A DNA stretch of 60,658 nt, filler included. It is 4 parts of 4 records of this genome, joined end to end, with 100 filler letters (N's around TTAATTAATTAA, not from the genome) between each part and the next. Parts side by side here need not be neighbours in the genome. Positions count along the whole stretch, not along the records: positions 39,275 to 54,397 come from DRR723986_632; 3 more parts are not named here. One strand, written 5' to 3'. A program made the position numbers and the translations under genes. The notes under the pieces were generated by a model. The model searched no databases. It saw only the letters and a list, made by a program, of their open reading frames with translations, and had not been told where the DNA came from. Positions 39,175 through 49,944 of the stretch are shown here, piece after piece (position 1 is the first letter of the stretch; the number at the start of each line of letters is the position of its first letter).

Positions 39175-39274
39175 NNNNNNNNNNNNNNNNNNNNNNNNNN
39201 NNNNNNNNNNNNNNNNNNTTAATTAATTAANNNNNNNNNNNNNNNNNNNNNNNNNNNNNNNNNNNNNNNNNNNN
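39175..39274. other. Artificial contig linker
   Basis: N44-TTAATTAATTAA-N44. Confidence 0.98.
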
Positions 39275-39812
39275 GCTGAATGCGACTTTGCTCCAAAAGT
39301 GCAGCCTTTAACTGTTTATATGCCTCAGCTACTGAATGGCGCAAAGGCAACGCGTTCGCAAATTCATCAAGTAAATGCCTGTGGGCTGCAGCGTCTAGTA
39401 GCCCGCGGTCATCGTGTTGCCCGTGAACCTCTATTAAGGACGCTGCCACTGCTGCCAATGCCGATTGGCCAACAGGCTCCTCATTAATCCATGCACGGCT
39501 GCGCCCATCAGCGGCAACTTGACGCTTCAGGCGAATTTCATCTGCGCCTTCTTCATCGATGGCCAAATCATTCAGTTTTTCATGTACGGGGTGAGTTGGT
39601 GGCACAGAAAAAGTTGCAGCAACCACGCCTTTTTCAGCTCCAGCGCGCACCAAGGCACGGTCAGCGCGCGCGCCAAGCGCCAAACCAAGACTATCCAGCA
39701 ATATGGACTTTCCCGCACCGGTTTCACCGGTCAGAACATTTAGCCCGCCTGCAAAAGACAAGCTAAGTTTGTCTATTAAGACAATATCCCGAATGCTGAG
39801 TTCGGTCAGCAT
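39275..39812 (-). CDS. recN: DNA repair protein RecN, N-terminal part (3'-truncated)
   Basis: LTGETGAGKS Walker A and EVHGQHD motifs. Confidence 0.95.
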
Positions 39813-39832
39813 CCACTTCCCCTAGAATACAA

Positions 39833-40642
39833 TCAAAACGGCCACAAAGCAGATAACCACGACGAACCTTTAGCTTCAGGTGATGTTCTCCCGTCCACAA
39901 GCAACGAGTAGCTATATCGATACCATTTTGTATCGCCGTAGTTTTCCCCTAACACTTCGGCTGCTCTTTTTGCTTCGTCGTAAACACCCAAAGCCAAATA
40001 ACTTTCAACGAGCCTATGCAACGCCTCTGGGGCATGACTGGTTGTCTGAAACCTCTCGATAACCCGATGAAACCTAATTGTTGCAGACAAATATTCTTTC
40101 CGCTTCAGGTAAAAACGACCCACTTCCATGTCTTTACCGGCCAAATGATCTTGTGTCAGCGCCAGCTTTAGTTGCGCGTCCTGAGCGTATTCCGAATCTG
40201 GAAAGCGGCGTATAACTTCAATTAAAGCAGCTTCAGCCTGCTCGGTTTTGTTCTGGTCCCGCCCCACATCAGAAATCTGCTCGTAATGACAGAGGGCAAT
40301 AAGATAATATGCGTAAGGCGCAGAAGAATTACCCGGGTGCAATTGCAAGAAACGCTCAGCAGACAATACAGCATCATCATATTCATTGCTCATATAAGCG
40401 GAATAAGCGGCCATAAGCTGTGCGCGGCGTGCCCAAACTGAATAAGGGTGCTGGCGCTCTACTTCATCAAAAGCAGCCGCAGCAAAACGATACCTGCCGC
40501 GCTCAAGGTTTTCCTGTGCGACATTGTAAATCAATTCAACTTCACGCGCGATGTAGGTATCTTCAGCGTCGTCTGAACTGCATGCCGCCAATCCAAAACA
40601 CGCTGCACCCAAAATAGGGAATTTAAGCCAATTTGAACTCAT
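39833..40642 (-). CDS. bamD: Outer membrane protein assembly lipoprotein BamD
   Basis: Lipobox LAAC; EVERQHPYSVWA, RDQ and HLAGKDMEVGRFY motifs; upstream of recN. Confidence 0.94.
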   Translation of the reverse strand: MSSNWLKFPILGAACFGLAACSSDDAEDTYIAREVELIYNVAQENLERGRYRFAAAAFDEVERQHPYSVWARRAQLMAAYSAYMSNEYDDAVLSAERFLQLHPGNSSAPYAYYLIALCHYEQISDVGRDQNKTEQAEAALIEVIRRFPDSEYAQDAQLKLALTQDHLAGKDMEVGRFYLKRKEYLSATIRFHRVIERFQTTSHAPEALHRLVESYLALGVYDEAKRAAEVLGENYGDTKWYRYSYSLLVDGRTSPEAKGSSWLSALWPF

Positions 40643-40858
40643 TGTTGCCCAATACTCCGGTAACTGGGTCAGAAATTACCTGAAAACCCAAATATTATTG
40701 TCTCACCCTTTACAACTATTGGTGTAATAATTTAAACCAATGCATGTATAAGCGATGTTAGTGTTGGCTCAAGCGATTTTCTAGCACAGGAAACCATACC
40801 CGCCAATGAAGAATACACCTATATCATATAGTGAAATCTTGGAAATGAGGCTTATTGC

Positions 40859-41275
40859 ATGAAAAAGATGCAATCATCTGCTGACGCCACAGAAAACAGC
40901 TCTGCTCGCAAAGCTGATTTAGTGGACAAGCATGTAGGCATCCGCATCCGGGAACGTCGCCGCGAATTGCATATATCCCAACAGGAAATCAGTGAAATTC
41001 TGGGCGTTTCATACCAGCAGCTGCAAAAGTATGAGAACGGCAATAATAGAATTAGCGCGGGCCGTATGTTTCTGTTAGCCCACATTCTGAAGGTAGAAGT
41101 GGGTTATTTCTATCAAGGGCTTCCCCCTAGTGAGGAACTTTTCAAAGACAAGATGAATGATCTTGATTTTGTTATGCCAGAAATTGATGCGCTTCCGGCA
41201 ACTAGTTTGCGACAGGCATTAACTGACCTGGTGCATGCTATCCGCGATAGCGAAAAAAAAGACCCCGCCGATTAA
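40859..41275 (+). CDS. XRE-family regulator (PraR/PhrR-like)
   Basis: VDKHVGIRIRERR and GVSYQQLQKYENGNNRIS motifs. Confidence 0.88.
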   Translation: MKKMQSSADATENSSARKADLVDKHVGIRIRERRRELHISQQEISEILGVSYQQLQKYENGNNRISAGRMFLLAHILKVEVGYFYQGLPPSEELFKDKMNDLDFVMPEIDALPATSLRQALTDLVHAIRDSEKKDPAD

Positions 41276-41289
41276 CTCGGTGAGGTCTT
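41253..41289 (-). terminator. Intrinsic terminator of ilvE, overlapping the XRE stop codon
   Basis: A8-GACCCCGCCGA-ttaac-TCGGTGAGGTC hairpin. Confidence 0.6.
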
Positions 41290-41319
41290 ATCTGTTTAAT
41301 ATCTTATGTTTACGCGTTT

Positions 41320-42195
41320 CTATACGTCCCGAACAAGCTCATCATAATCATACATCAACGCTTTAGTGATATCACCAACCTCAAATCGATAAGGGCCAAT
41401 CTCGGAAAGCGGTGTAACTTCAGCGGCGGTGCCAGTTAAGAAAGCCTGCTCAAAACCGGACATTTCTTCAGGCATGATAGCCCGTTCAATTACATTGATG
41501 TTTCGCTTGCGTGCCAAGTCAATGACCGTGCGTCGCGTAATACCGTCGAGGAAGCAATCTGGTGTGGGGGTATGCAACTCACCGTTTTGAACAAAGAAGA
41601 TGTTAGCACCTGTTGCCTCAGAGATCTGACCCCGATAATCATACATTAATGCGTCATCAAACCCACGCGCTTCTGCGGCGTGCTTAGACATTGTGCATAT
41701 CATATATAATCCAGATGCCTTGGCGTCGGTTGGTGCTGTATCAGGTGCTGGACGACGCCACTGGGAAATATCCAAACGTAATCCACGCAGCTTTGCTTCT
41801 GGAGAGAAATATGATGGCCACTCCCATACAGCAATTGCTGCATGAATTGTGTTCTGCTGAGCGGCAACACCCATCATTTCACTGCCACGCCATACCAATG
41901 GCCGACAGTAAGCATCAACAAAACCATTTTTTACAACCAGCTCATTGCAAGCATCATTAATTTCCTGCTTGGAATAAGGCACCTCATATCCAAGAATTTC
42001 AGCGGAACGGAACAATCGATCAGTATGTTCCTCAAGCTTGAAAATTTGGCCGCTATAGGCGCGCTGACCTTCAAAAGCCGCGCCGGCGTAATGCATTGCA
42101 TGGGTTAGGATATGCACGTTACAGTCACGCCAAGGCAAATATTTGCCGTCCATCCAAATCCAGCCGTCCCGATCATCATAGGGCAAAGCCGCCAT
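41320..42195 (-). CDS. ilvE: Branched-chain amino acid aminotransferase
   Basis: HAMHY...FEG, AKASGLY, EATGANIF, LDGITR and FLTGTAAEV motifs. Confidence 0.94.
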   Translation of the reverse strand: MAALPYDDRDGWIWMDGKYLPWRDCNVHILTHAMHYAGAAFEGQRAYSGQIFKLEEHTDRLFRSAEILGYEVPYSKQEINDACNELVVKNGFVDAYCRPLVWRGSEMMGVAAQQNTIHAAIAVWEWPSYFSPEAKLRGLRLDISQWRRPAPDTAPTDAKASGLYMICTMSKHAAEARGFDDALMYDYRGQISEATGANIFFVQNGELHTPTPDCFLDGITRRTVIDLARKRNINVIERAIMPEEMSGFEQAFLTGTAAEVTPLSEIGPYRFEVGDITKALMYDYDELVRDV

Positions 42196-42344
42196 GGTAC
42201 CTCTCCAACATTAGTATTTTTCGATTATTACGCTTCTATGTTGCGAATGCTGCCCATCGCGTAATTTCCTTGATATTGGTATCAGCAGCACTTTATTGTG
42301 TCAACAAAGCTGCCATATTATTGAAAACAAAAAGTTGGAGCCCA

Positions 42345-42839
42345 ATGCAGACAAAATTACCGCAATCGAATCTTTATTTGCGCGAAGAAGAATTACGCCG
42401 CGGCATTGAACTTTTGTATTTTGCATACCGTGACTTCACCCGCGATCCAGATGAAATTTTAGCTACCTCAAAGTTTGGCAGAGCCCACCACCGTGTTCTG
42501 TATTTTGTTGGTCGAAACCCAGGTACCACAGTTTCAGGATTGCTGCGTCTTTTACGCATTACAAAACAATCACTCTCTCGCGTGTTAGGGCAACTGATAG
42601 ACGATGGTTACATTGATCAAAAAACCGGCAGCGAAGACAGGCGCCAACGGCTTTTGGTGCTAACCGAAAAAGGCAAACAGTTTGAAAAAAGCCTGTTTGA
42701 AACTCAGAGAAGCAGAGTTGCAGAAGCCTATAAAAAAGCAGGCCCAGAAGCTGTTGCAGGTTTCTGGGAAGTTCTCTTAAACATTGTTGATGAACAAGAG
42801 CGTTCGGCGGTCATTCGCCAAATTGAAAAGCAAAATTGA
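42345..42839 (+). CDS. MarR family regulator (PetP-like)
   Basis: LYLREEELRRGIELLYFAYRDF, GRAHHR, ITKQSLSRVL and DRRQRLL motifs; ATG 42345 with GGAG RBS. Confidence 0.88.
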   Translation: MQTKLPQSNLYLREEELRRGIELLYFAYRDFTRDPDEILATSKFGRAHHRVLYFVGRNPGTTVSGLLRLLRITKQSLSRVLGQLIDDGYIDQKTGSEDRRQRLLVLTEKGKQFEKSLFETQRSRVAEAYKKAGPEAVAGFWEVLLNIVDEQERSAVIRQIEKQN

Positions 42840-42950
42840 CCAAGTTACCCATATGCACCTTTTATAACCGCTAGTCCACAGTCCAAACTCATCGCCCTTC
42901 GAGGGCAAAACATCGTTAAGGTTTCACACATTTTTTCTTGCATTAACAAT

Positions 42951-42987
42951 AAAAAAAGGCCCCGAAATCACTATTTCAAGGCCTTTT
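42951..42987. terminator. Intrinsic terminator after petC (possibly bidirectional)
   Basis: A7-GGCCCCGAAAT-cact-ATTTCAAGGCC-TTTT. Confidence 0.65.
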
Positions 42988-43006
42988 AAAATAACCTAAA
43001 TCCACT

Positions 43007-43795
43007 TTATTTTTCGTAGAAGTTTTTGCCTTCTTTCACCGGCTTCCAAATCACTTTCATAGAAATATAAAGCAAGATAGTTAACACGAACAAGAACAAC
43101 AGAACTTTGATGCCCATTTGGTGACGCGTTTGCAAGGAAGGCTCGGCAACATACTGCAAGAACTGAACAAGGTCCTTTGCCATTTGCTCTTTGGTTGCAG
43201 GCGTACCGTCTTCATACTCTAGCAAACCTTCAGCAAGCGGCTCATACATCGCGATCTGACCACCTTTGAAGTAAGGATTATAATTCATACCATCAGACAC
43301 CTCAAAACCTGCAGGTGCATCCTGGTAGCCTGTTAGCAGGCTAAAGACATAATTTGCACCGTCATGACGAGCTTTGACCATTAAGGACAAGTCAGGTGGC
43401 AACGCACCAGCGTTAGCCGCACGAGCTGCATTTGAATTTGGAAACGGTGAAGGAAATGCGTCTTGCGGCAATGCTGCACGCACAGTTTCATCACCGTATT
43501 CGTCCGGCTCACCTGGTACTTCATATTCAGCAGCAAAGGCTTTGATCATGTCTTCGCTGTACCCAATATCCGCCAAATTACGGAAGCGGAAATACTTTAA
43601 GCTGTGGCAACTAGAACAAACTTGCTTGTAAACCTGCCAACCACGCTGGGCAGAGGCCAAATCAAACTTACCGAAAGGTCCGTTAAAAGACCAATCAACC
43701 TGCAAAGGGTGTTCGGCCGTGCCCGCAGCACTTGCACCAGTTAATGCCATTGTTGAAAGACCAAGGGCGACTGCGATATTTTTAATCAATTTCAT
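43007..43795 (-). CDS. petC: Cytochrome c1
   Basis: Signal peptide, CSSCH heme motif, PPDLSL, NPYF..GQIAM, C-terminal TM. Confidence 0.96.
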   Translation of the reverse strand: MKLIKNIAVALGLSTMALTGASAAGTAEHPLQVDWSFNGPFGKFDLASAQRGWQVYKQVCSSCHSLKYFRFRNLADIGYSEDMIKAFAAEYEVPGEPDEYGDETVRAALPQDAFPSPFPNSNAARAANAGALPPDLSLMVKARHDGANYVFSLLTGYQDAPAGFEVSDGMNYNPYFKGGQIAMYEPLAEGLLEYEDGTPATKEQMAKDLVQFLQYVAEPSLQTRHQMGIKVLLFLFVLTILLYISMKVIWKPVKEGKNFYEK

Positions 43796-43807
43796 CTATC
43801 TAACCCC

Positions 43808-45076
43808 TTATTCCGCTGGTTTCAAAACGGCGGAAGAAATACTTTCCGGCAAAGGCAATGTTTTCTCTTTGCGGCTTAACCACGGCAGCACAACAAAGAA
43901 GTAGCCAAAGTAGTAAAGCGTCGCAAATTTACCGTAGAGTGGAATGTTGCCTTCAGGCTTCTGTGCGCCGAGCCATGTAAGAATGAACATGTCAACCACT
44001 AGGAAGGCAAAAAACCATTTAAACATTGGACGGAAATTACCTGACCGAACCTTAGATGTATCAAGCCATGGCAACGCCAACCAAACTAGAATAGACAAAA
44101 ACATAGCGATCACGCCGAGCAGTTTCGCATCAATGATTTCAATCACACCCGGAATACCAAGCGGAAAGTCAACTGAGCGCAAAATTGCATAGAAAGGCAG
44201 GAAGTACCATTCTGGCACAATGCTCTCTGGTGTTACCAACGAGTCCGCTGGAATGTAATTGTCTGGGTGCCCAAGCGCGTTCGGCATAAAGAAGATAAAG
44301 GCAGCGAGAATGAAGAAAAACACACCTGCACCAAAGGCGTCTTTAATCGTGTAGAATGGGTGGAACGGTATTTGGTCCGCACCAGACTGCACTTCAATAC
44401 CCAGTGGGTTTCCGCTGTCAGAAATCTTCTTGGCCCAGATGTGCAAGATAACTACACCGCTGATTACGAAAGGTAATAGGTAGTGCAGGCTGAAGAAGCG
44501 GTTAAGAGTTGGATTATCAACCGAGAAACCACCCCACAAAAGCTGCACAATGCTCTCACCCACCATCGGAATGGCTGAGAAAAGACTCGTAATAACTGTT
44601 GCACCCCAGAATGACATTTGGCCCCAAGGCAAAACATAGCCCATGAAGGCAGTAGCCATCATCAGCAAGAATATAACAACACCCAGCATCCACAGTACTT
44701 CGCGCGGTGCTTTATACGAGCCGAAATACAGCCCGCGGAAAATGTGTATGTATACCGCAATGAAGAAGAAGGATGCACCGTTAGCGTGCATGTAGCGGAT
44801 CAACCAACCGTAGTTAACGTCACGCATGATACGCTCTACGCTGTCGAAAGCGACACCCGTAGTTGCTGCATAATGCATTGCTAGGACTACGCCGCTGATA
44901 ATTTGAATGACCAGCATCAGTCCCGCAAGAGAACCGAAGTTCCAGAAATAATTAAGATTACGCGGTGTCGGCGTTGCAGGGCCAACAACATTATTTACCA
45001 AAGACAATACAGGTAGGCGCTCTTCGAACCAGCCAACTGCCTTATTCTTGGGTTTTACAACTTCCCATTCAGCCAT
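43808..45076 (-). CDS. petB: Cytochrome b (bc1 complex)
   Basis: Four heme-ligating His (RYMHANG, YIHIFRG, SLHYLLP, ILHIW); [10 protein letters not shown] and PEWY motifs. Confidence 0.97.
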   Translation of the reverse strand: MAEWEVVKPKNKAVGWFEERLPVLSLVNNVVGPATPTPRNLNYFWNFGSLAGLMLVIQIISGVVLAMHYAATTGVAFDSVERIMRDVNYGWLIRYMHANGASFFFIAVYIHIFRGLYFGSYKAPREVLWMLGVVIFLLMMATAFMGYVLPWGQMSFWGATVITSLFSAIPMVGESIVQLLWGGFSVDNPTLNRFFSLHYLLPFVISGVVILHIWAKKISDSGNPLGIEVQSGADQIPFHPFYTIKDAFGAGVFFFILAAFIFFMPNALGHPDNYIPADSLVTPESIVPEWYFLPFYAILRSVDFPLGIPGVIEIIDAKLLGVIAMFLSILVWLALPWLDTSKVRSGNFRPMFKWFFAFLVVDMFILTWLGAQKPEGNIPLYGKFATLYYFGYFFVVLPWLSRKEKTLPLPESISSAVLKPAE

Positions 45077-45087
45077 GATCTGTTTCC

Positions 45088-45642
45088 TTACCCGATTTTC
45101 AGTGTTGTTTCGTTGAGGAATGCATACTCAGGCACCTCAAGATTCTTGGGCGCAGGGCCCTTACGAATTCGGCCAGATGTATCATAGTGAGAACCGTGAC
45201 AAGGGCAGAACCAACCGCCAAAGTCTCCGCGTTCGTCGCCAGACTTGGTTCCAAGAGGAACACAGCCTAGGTGTGTACATACACCAACAACAACCAACCA
45301 CTCAGACTCACCAGCCTTAACCCGATCTTCATCTGATTGCTGATCAATCAATTCAGACATATTCACTGTTTCCGCTGCGGCTACTTCCTCAGCTGTACGA
45401 TGTCTGACAAAAACTGGCTTACCGCGCCATTTGATCACTATCGCAGAACCAACATCAATTTTACTGATATCAACTTCTACTGATGCCAGTGCTAATGTAT
45501 CAGCAGCAGGATTCATTTGATCGATAAACGGCCAAAGTGCTCCAACGGCGCCTACACCGGCCATGCCGGCTGCAGCAACATGAATGAAGTCGCGGCGCGT
45601 TGCGCCGTCATCTTCATGGTTTGTAGTCTCAAGTGTGCTCAT
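45088..45642 (-). CDS. petA: Rieske iron-sulfur subunit
   Basis: Tat motif TRRDF; CTHLGC and CPCHGS motifs. Confidence 0.97.
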   Translation of the reverse strand: MSTLETTNHEDDGATRRDFIHVAAAGMAGVGAVGALWPFIDQMNPAADTLALASVEVDISKIDVGSAIVIKWRGKPVFVRHRTAEEVAAAETVNMSELIDQQSDEDRVKAGESEWLVVVGVCTHLGCVPLGTKSGDERGDFGGWFCPCHGSHYDTSGRIRKGPAPKNLEVPEYAFLNETTLKIG

Positions 45643-45730
45643 AAAACGTTCCCTGACAGGAAATGATAAGAAAAGTTCAAGCTTATTTTCGCGCGGACCC
45701 TATTCTATCTTACCTTGTTAGCCTAGTGCC

Positions 45731-45745
45731 GCGTCACACGGACGC
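45731..45745. promoter_or_regulatory. Putative RegA/PrrA/RegR box upstream of petABC
   Basis: Palindrome GCGTC-acacg-GACGC about 90 bp upstream of petA. Confidence 0.5.
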
Positions 45746-45927
45746 AGGAGTTCAAAGTAGAAAGCTGTCGCACAGCTGTACGCAGTGCTGACAAATTTGG
45801 ATTGGTATTAGTCGCCTAAGCCTCAAGAGGCAAGAGTTTATAGCGCAAAATATGAAAAAATTCGTAAATACTCTCACGGCTATAGCTATCCGTTGATTGC
45901 TGCGCAAAGGCACTATAGGTTTACAGA

Positions 45928-46392
45928 ATGGACATTGCCCTCTATCAACCAGACCAGCCTCAAAACACGGGCACTTTATTGCGCTTGGGCGCCTGCATGG
46001 GCGCGCCCGTTCACATCATAGAGCCCTGCGGCTTTCCCTTTTCCCCTAAGGCTATCAAACGATATGCAATGGATTATGCTGATCATGTGAAAATGTATCA
46101 CCACTTGGATTGGATACATTTTCAAACGTGGCACCAACAGGCAAACCGACGCTTAGTTCTACTCACAACCAAGTCACCAACTACTTATAGTCGCTTCACT
46201 TTTAAACCTGACGACATTATCATGGTAGGTAGCGAATCTGCTGGTGTGCCAGCCGACGTTCACGCATACAGCGATGCAAGAGTTACCATTCCTATGAAGG
46301 CTGAAGTTAGATCCCTTAATGTTGCCGTTGCACTCTCTATGGTTCTAGGTGAAGCATTAAGACAAACCGATATGTTACCAAATGCAAATTAA
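45928..46392 (+). CDS. trmL: tRNA (cytidine/uridine-34-2'-O)-methyltransferase
   Basis: [25 protein letters not shown] and RSLNVA SPOUT motifs. Confidence 0.92.
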   Translation: MDIALYQPDQPQNTGTLLRLGACMGAPVHIIEPCGFPFSPKAIKRYAMDYADHVKMYHHLDWIHFQTWHQQANRRLVLLTTKSPTTYSRFTFKPDDIIMVGSESAGVPADVHAYSDARVTIPMKAEVRSLNVAVALSMVLGEALRQTDMLPNAN

Positions 46393-46406
46393 ACGAAGAG
46401 TTAGCA

Positions 46407-47273
46407 ATGGATATTGAAGACAAAAAACAACACGCCGCCGATTGGTTTAAATCACTGCGCGATCAAATTTGCGCCAGTTTCGAAGCACTGGAACAATCAA
46501 ATGCAGGGCCTTTCGCTGACCGTGAACCAGCGCAGTTTGAACGGAAAAGCTGGGACAGAGTCAACCAAGGTGATGGTGCGCCTGGCGGCGGTGGTGTGAT
46601 GTCAATTATGCGCGGTGGCCGCGTTTTTGAGAAAGTGGGCGTGAATATTTCCACCGTTTTTGGAACTTTTAGTGAAGAATTTGCCAAAAATATGCCCGGT
46701 GCGGCTGAAGACCCACGCTTTTTTGCAACAGGTATTTCACTTGTGGCACATATGAACAGCCCGCAGGTACCTGCCGTTCATATGAATACCCGGTTTATAT
46801 GCACAACAAAAAATTGGTTTGGCGGCGGCGCTGATTTAAACGCGCCTATTCCGAACGCTGAAGATACAAAAGCCTTCCATAAAGCGTTTCAAGAATGCTG
46901 CGATAAGCACGACCCAGACTATTACACAAAGTTTAAAAAGTGGTGTGATGAATATTTCTACATACCACACCGTAACAAAGCCCGAGGCGAAGGTGGCATT
47001 TTTTACGATCAGCTTTCAACCGGTGACTGGGCAGCTGATTTTGAATTTACCAAAGACGTGGGTCGGACATTTAACACAGTTTACCCGGAACTTATTGCGC
47101 GACACATGAACAAAAGCTGGACTGACGAAGAGCGTGAACAACAGCTTATTTACCGTGGGCATTATGCTGAATTTAACTTGGCGTATGATCGGGGAACCAC
47201 ATTTGGCTTGAAAACAGGTGGTAACGTTGAGGCGATTTTGATGTCGCTACCGCCAGAAGCCAAATGGCCATAA
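46407..47273 (+). CDS. hemF: Oxygen-dependent coproporphyrinogen-III oxidase
   Basis: [29 protein letters not shown] and ILMSLP motifs. Confidence 0.96.
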   Translation: MDIEDKKQHAADWFKSLRDQICASFEALEQSNAGPFADREPAQFERKSWDRVNQGDGAPGGGGVMSIMRGGRVFEKVGVNISTVFGTFSEEFAKNMPGAAEDPRFFATGISLVAHMNSPQVPAVHMNTRFICTTKNWFGGGADLNAPIPNAEDTKAFHKAFQECCDKHDPDYYTKFKKWCDEYFYIPHRNKARGEGGIFYDQLSTGDWAADFEFTKDVGRTFNTVYPELIARHMNKSWTDEEREQQLIYRGHYAEFNLAYDRGTTFGLKTGGNVEAILMSLPPEAKWP

Positions 47274-47282
47274 ATACGAACG

Positions 47283-47720
47283 GTGGACACTGACCTAGCG
47301 TTATATTTTGCACTGTTCTGGAATGCCTTCATTGCTGCAACATTGCTACCTGCCTTATCAGAAGTTACCTTAGCCTCGCTCATCGCAAATGATGTTGGCG
47401 CACCATTACTTCTGTTTATGGTGGCCACGACGGGTAATGTGGCTGGCTCATTGGTCAATTGGTGGCTGGGCGGAAGGCTTGCAACTTATCAAGACAAACG
47501 ATGGTTTCCCTTCACTGAGGTTCAAATACACAGAGCGTCTCATTACTTTAACCGGTACGGTAAATGGTCGCTGTTGTTTGCTTGGGTACCTGTAATAGGC
47601 GACCCCATTACATTAGTAGCGGGCGTTTTTAAAACACAGTTCATGCCGTTTATTATAATGGTGACTGTCGGAAAAGCGGCACGGTACGGTATTATTTTAG
47701 CTTCGTTCACAAACATGTAA
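47283..47720 (+). CDS. YqaA/DedA-family membrane protein
   Basis: ATLLPALSE, GNVAGS, WVPVIGD and GKAARY motifs. Confidence 0.88.
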   Translation: MDTDLALYFALFWNAFIAATLLPALSEVTLASLIANDVGAPLLLFMVATTGNVAGSLVNWWLGGRLATYQDKRWFPFTEVQIHRASHYFNRYGKWSLLFAWVPVIGDPITLVAGVFKTQFMPFIIMVTVGKAARYGIILASFTNM

Positions 47721-47835
47721 TTAGAATGTTCATTGATTTTTTTGCCGTAAAAAGGCCTTTATCTTTGTAGATGTTACTTACTGCATAATATGTGAATCAA
47801 AAATCTTAAGACAAATATTGGAAAGAAGTTTCACC

Positions 47836-48408
47836 ATGTTCAAGAGCACCTCCCTTGTTTTCACAGCGGTCGCGGCCTTTTTTATGCTGACCACAAATGC
47901 TTATGCCGACAAAAACGACAAAAAACGCGCTGAAATATTAGAAATGCGCGCTGAAGTGCTGGAACGTCTATACGAAGAACGACCAGAAACCAGACTGGAG
48001 ATACAAAATTCGGTTGGCTACGCTGTTTTCTCCAACATTGGCGTGAATGTAATTTTCATTTCTGGCGGTGGTGGTAAAGGCGTTGTACACGACAAGATAA
48101 CAGGAAAAGACACATACATGAAAATGGGGACAGCGGGCGTTGGCTTGGGACTTGGCATTAAGGACTTTCGAGCTGTTTTTGTTTTTCACGACACCAAAGC
48201 TCTCAATGACTTTGTGGAAAAAGGTTGGGATTTCTCGGGCGAAGCAGATGCAGCCGCGAATTCCGGCGAAAAGGGCGGTGAAGTGTCCGGAGCAACGACT
48301 CTAAGCAAGAAAGTAAATGTGTACCAATTCAATAAAGCTGGCCTGGCCCTTCAAGCAACACTGCGCGGCACCAAATACTGGCAAAACGACAAATTGAACC
48401 AAAGTTAA
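47836..48408 (+). CDS. Exported Ysc84/SYLF-like protein
   Basis: Signal peptide; GYAVF, GGGGKG, GVGLGLG and GTKYW motifs. Confidence 0.75.
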   Translation: MFKSTSLVFTAVAAFFMLTTNAYADKNDKKRAEILEMRAEVLERLYEERPETRLEIQNSVGYAVFSNIGVNVIFISGGGGKGVVHDKITGKDTYMKMGTAGVGLGLGIKDFRAVFVFHDTKALNDFVEKGWDFSGEADAAANSGEKGGEVSGATTLSKKVNVYQFNKAGLALQATLRGTKYWQNDKLNQS

Positions 48409-48413
48409 GCTTA

Positions 48414-49625
48414 TCAGCTTGCTTCAATCATTTTGAGCAACTGACTTTTGGACAAACAAAAGTCAGATTCGATCCAATTTTGTTCCAAGCGGCCCAGCGC
48501 AATGCCGATTGCTGGGCCCACTTCCATACCCATAGCTATCAATTCACGGCCCTTCACCGGGAAAATGGGAGCCTCCCATTCGCGTGATATCTTCTCAACG
48601 CGCGTGTAATTGTCCGTTCCCTGAATGACAGATGTTACCAAAGTAGCATCGGCACCATGCAGATATATGCTACGGCGAATGTCGCTGTCACCTTCAAAGG
48701 GACGTTGCTGCTCGGCCAATTCAATATTAACAAGAAACCCACGCTCCTGATTAGACAGCTTAAACTTCGCGGCAACCTGTTTTGCAGACCATAGGCCCTT
48801 AACCAACATATACAGCCTGACCAGCGGGTTTATAGTTGCGCCAAGGCTGGCTTCATTAGAACAATAGGCCTCAATGCTGGCAGGCTGCCACTCAGCTCCC
48901 ATCATCTGACGCAACACGCCACTTTCCTGCATGCGGCCAATGGTCGGCAAAATAGCAGGAAGCGTAAATATTTTGAGAAGCTCATCTCTGATGCGCTCAA
49001 CCGACAACCCACCCATTAATTCGATAAGCTTTTTGCAGGCAACTTGCCCAGTCTCGTCAATACTGTCAGCAAAGCGTGCGGAAAATCTGTAAAACCGTAG
49101 AATGCGCAACGCATCTTCTTTAATACGGTCTTCGGCGTTACCAATAAACCGGACTTTACGATCCCGAAGATCTGCGTGTCCTCCCAATGGGTCATAAATC
49201 CTGCCATCAGGTGTCGCATAAAGCGCATTTATCGTAAAGTCACGCCGTACGGAATCTGCATACCAATCCTGCGTGAACTCAACGGCAGCGTGCCGACCAT
49301 CGGTTGAAACGTCCCGGCGCAACGTGGTAATTTCGCACGATTGATCATCTAACACCGCTGTAACGGTTCCATGTTCCAACCCTGTAGGCACTGCCTTAAT
49401 GGAAGCATCGCCAAGTAACTGCAAAACGCTTTCAGGTGTATGCGATGTAGCGAGGTCAATATCGGTGGCAGCTAATTCTAACAGGCTATCACGCACAGCT
49501 CCGCCAACGAAACATACAGTTTCAGGGCCAAGTGCTTGAATAATTTTAGTGGAAAATTCAGACGTAAGCCATTCCGGTGCCCAGTCTTTTGGGGGGACAA
49601 TTAACTGATCAGCCGGCAAACCCAC
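48414..49625 (-). CDS. CCA tRNA nucleotidyltransferase (class II)
   Basis: VGGAVRD, DIDLAT, RRDFTINA and EDALRILR motifs. Confidence 0.92.
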   Translation of the reverse strand: MGLPADQLIVPPKDWAPEWLTSEFSTKIIQALGPETVCFVGGAVRDSLLELAATDIDLATSHTPESVLQLLGDASIKAVPTGLEHGTVTAVLDDQSCEITTLRRDVSTDGRHAAVEFTQDWYADSVRRDFTINALYATPDGRIYDPLGGHADLRDRKVRFIGNAEDRIKEDALRILRFYRFSARFADSIDETGQVACKKLIELMGGLSVERIRDELLKIFTLPAILPTIGRMQESGVLRQMMGAEWQPASIEAYCSNEASLGATINPLVRLYMLVKGLWSAKQVAAKFKLSNQERGFLVNIELAEQQRPFEGDSDIRRSIYLHGADATLVTSVIQGTDNYTRVEKISREWEAPIFPVKGRELIAMGMEVGPAIGIALGRLEQNWIESDFCLSKSQLLKMIEAS

Positions 49626-49944
49626 TGGTTCCTCCGCCAGAACTGCCTATATCTCTTTTCTCTAATTCGTCTTTTGGAATATAGTAGCCGGGAATGACCT
49701 TACCGTCTTCCACTCTCGCTGGCACATAGACGCTGTCAACATCGCCAGCGCCGTCATCAAAAAAACGTAGGCCCAACCCAGACGCCAACATAGCAATCAG
49801 CAAAACTCCCATTCCAACTCGAAAACGTCTGAATTCAATCCGCTGAGTTTCTGCATCCAGATCACGTCTCATCCGCCACCGAATCCATAAAAGCAACCCG
49901 ACAATAGGAATGAGTATAAGCATGAGTCTTAAGAAAAATGCCAT
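49609..49944 (-). CDS. Small two-TM hypothetical protein
   Basis: Two hydrophobic helices and YVPARVEDGKVIPG; within the Nudix-CCA gene run. Confidence 0.75.
   Translation of the reverse strand: MAFFLRLMLILIPIVGLLLWIRWRMRRDLDAETQRIEFRRFRVGMGVLLIAMLASGLGLRFFDDGAGDVDSVYVPARVEDGKVIPGYYIPKDELEKRDIGSSGGGTSGFAG

Noticed and set aside
38964..39274. ORFs running through the N-linker (38964..39230 and the apparent recN C-terminus)
   Set aside because: Translation across an artificial junction; thrS and recN are truncated by the assembly and are not pseudogenes
44204..44260. Unusual Qo/ef-loop in cytochrome b ([16 protein letters not shown])
   Set aside because: HPDNY and PEWY are intact, and Ser before IVPEWY also occurs in yeast cytochrome b; within normal variation
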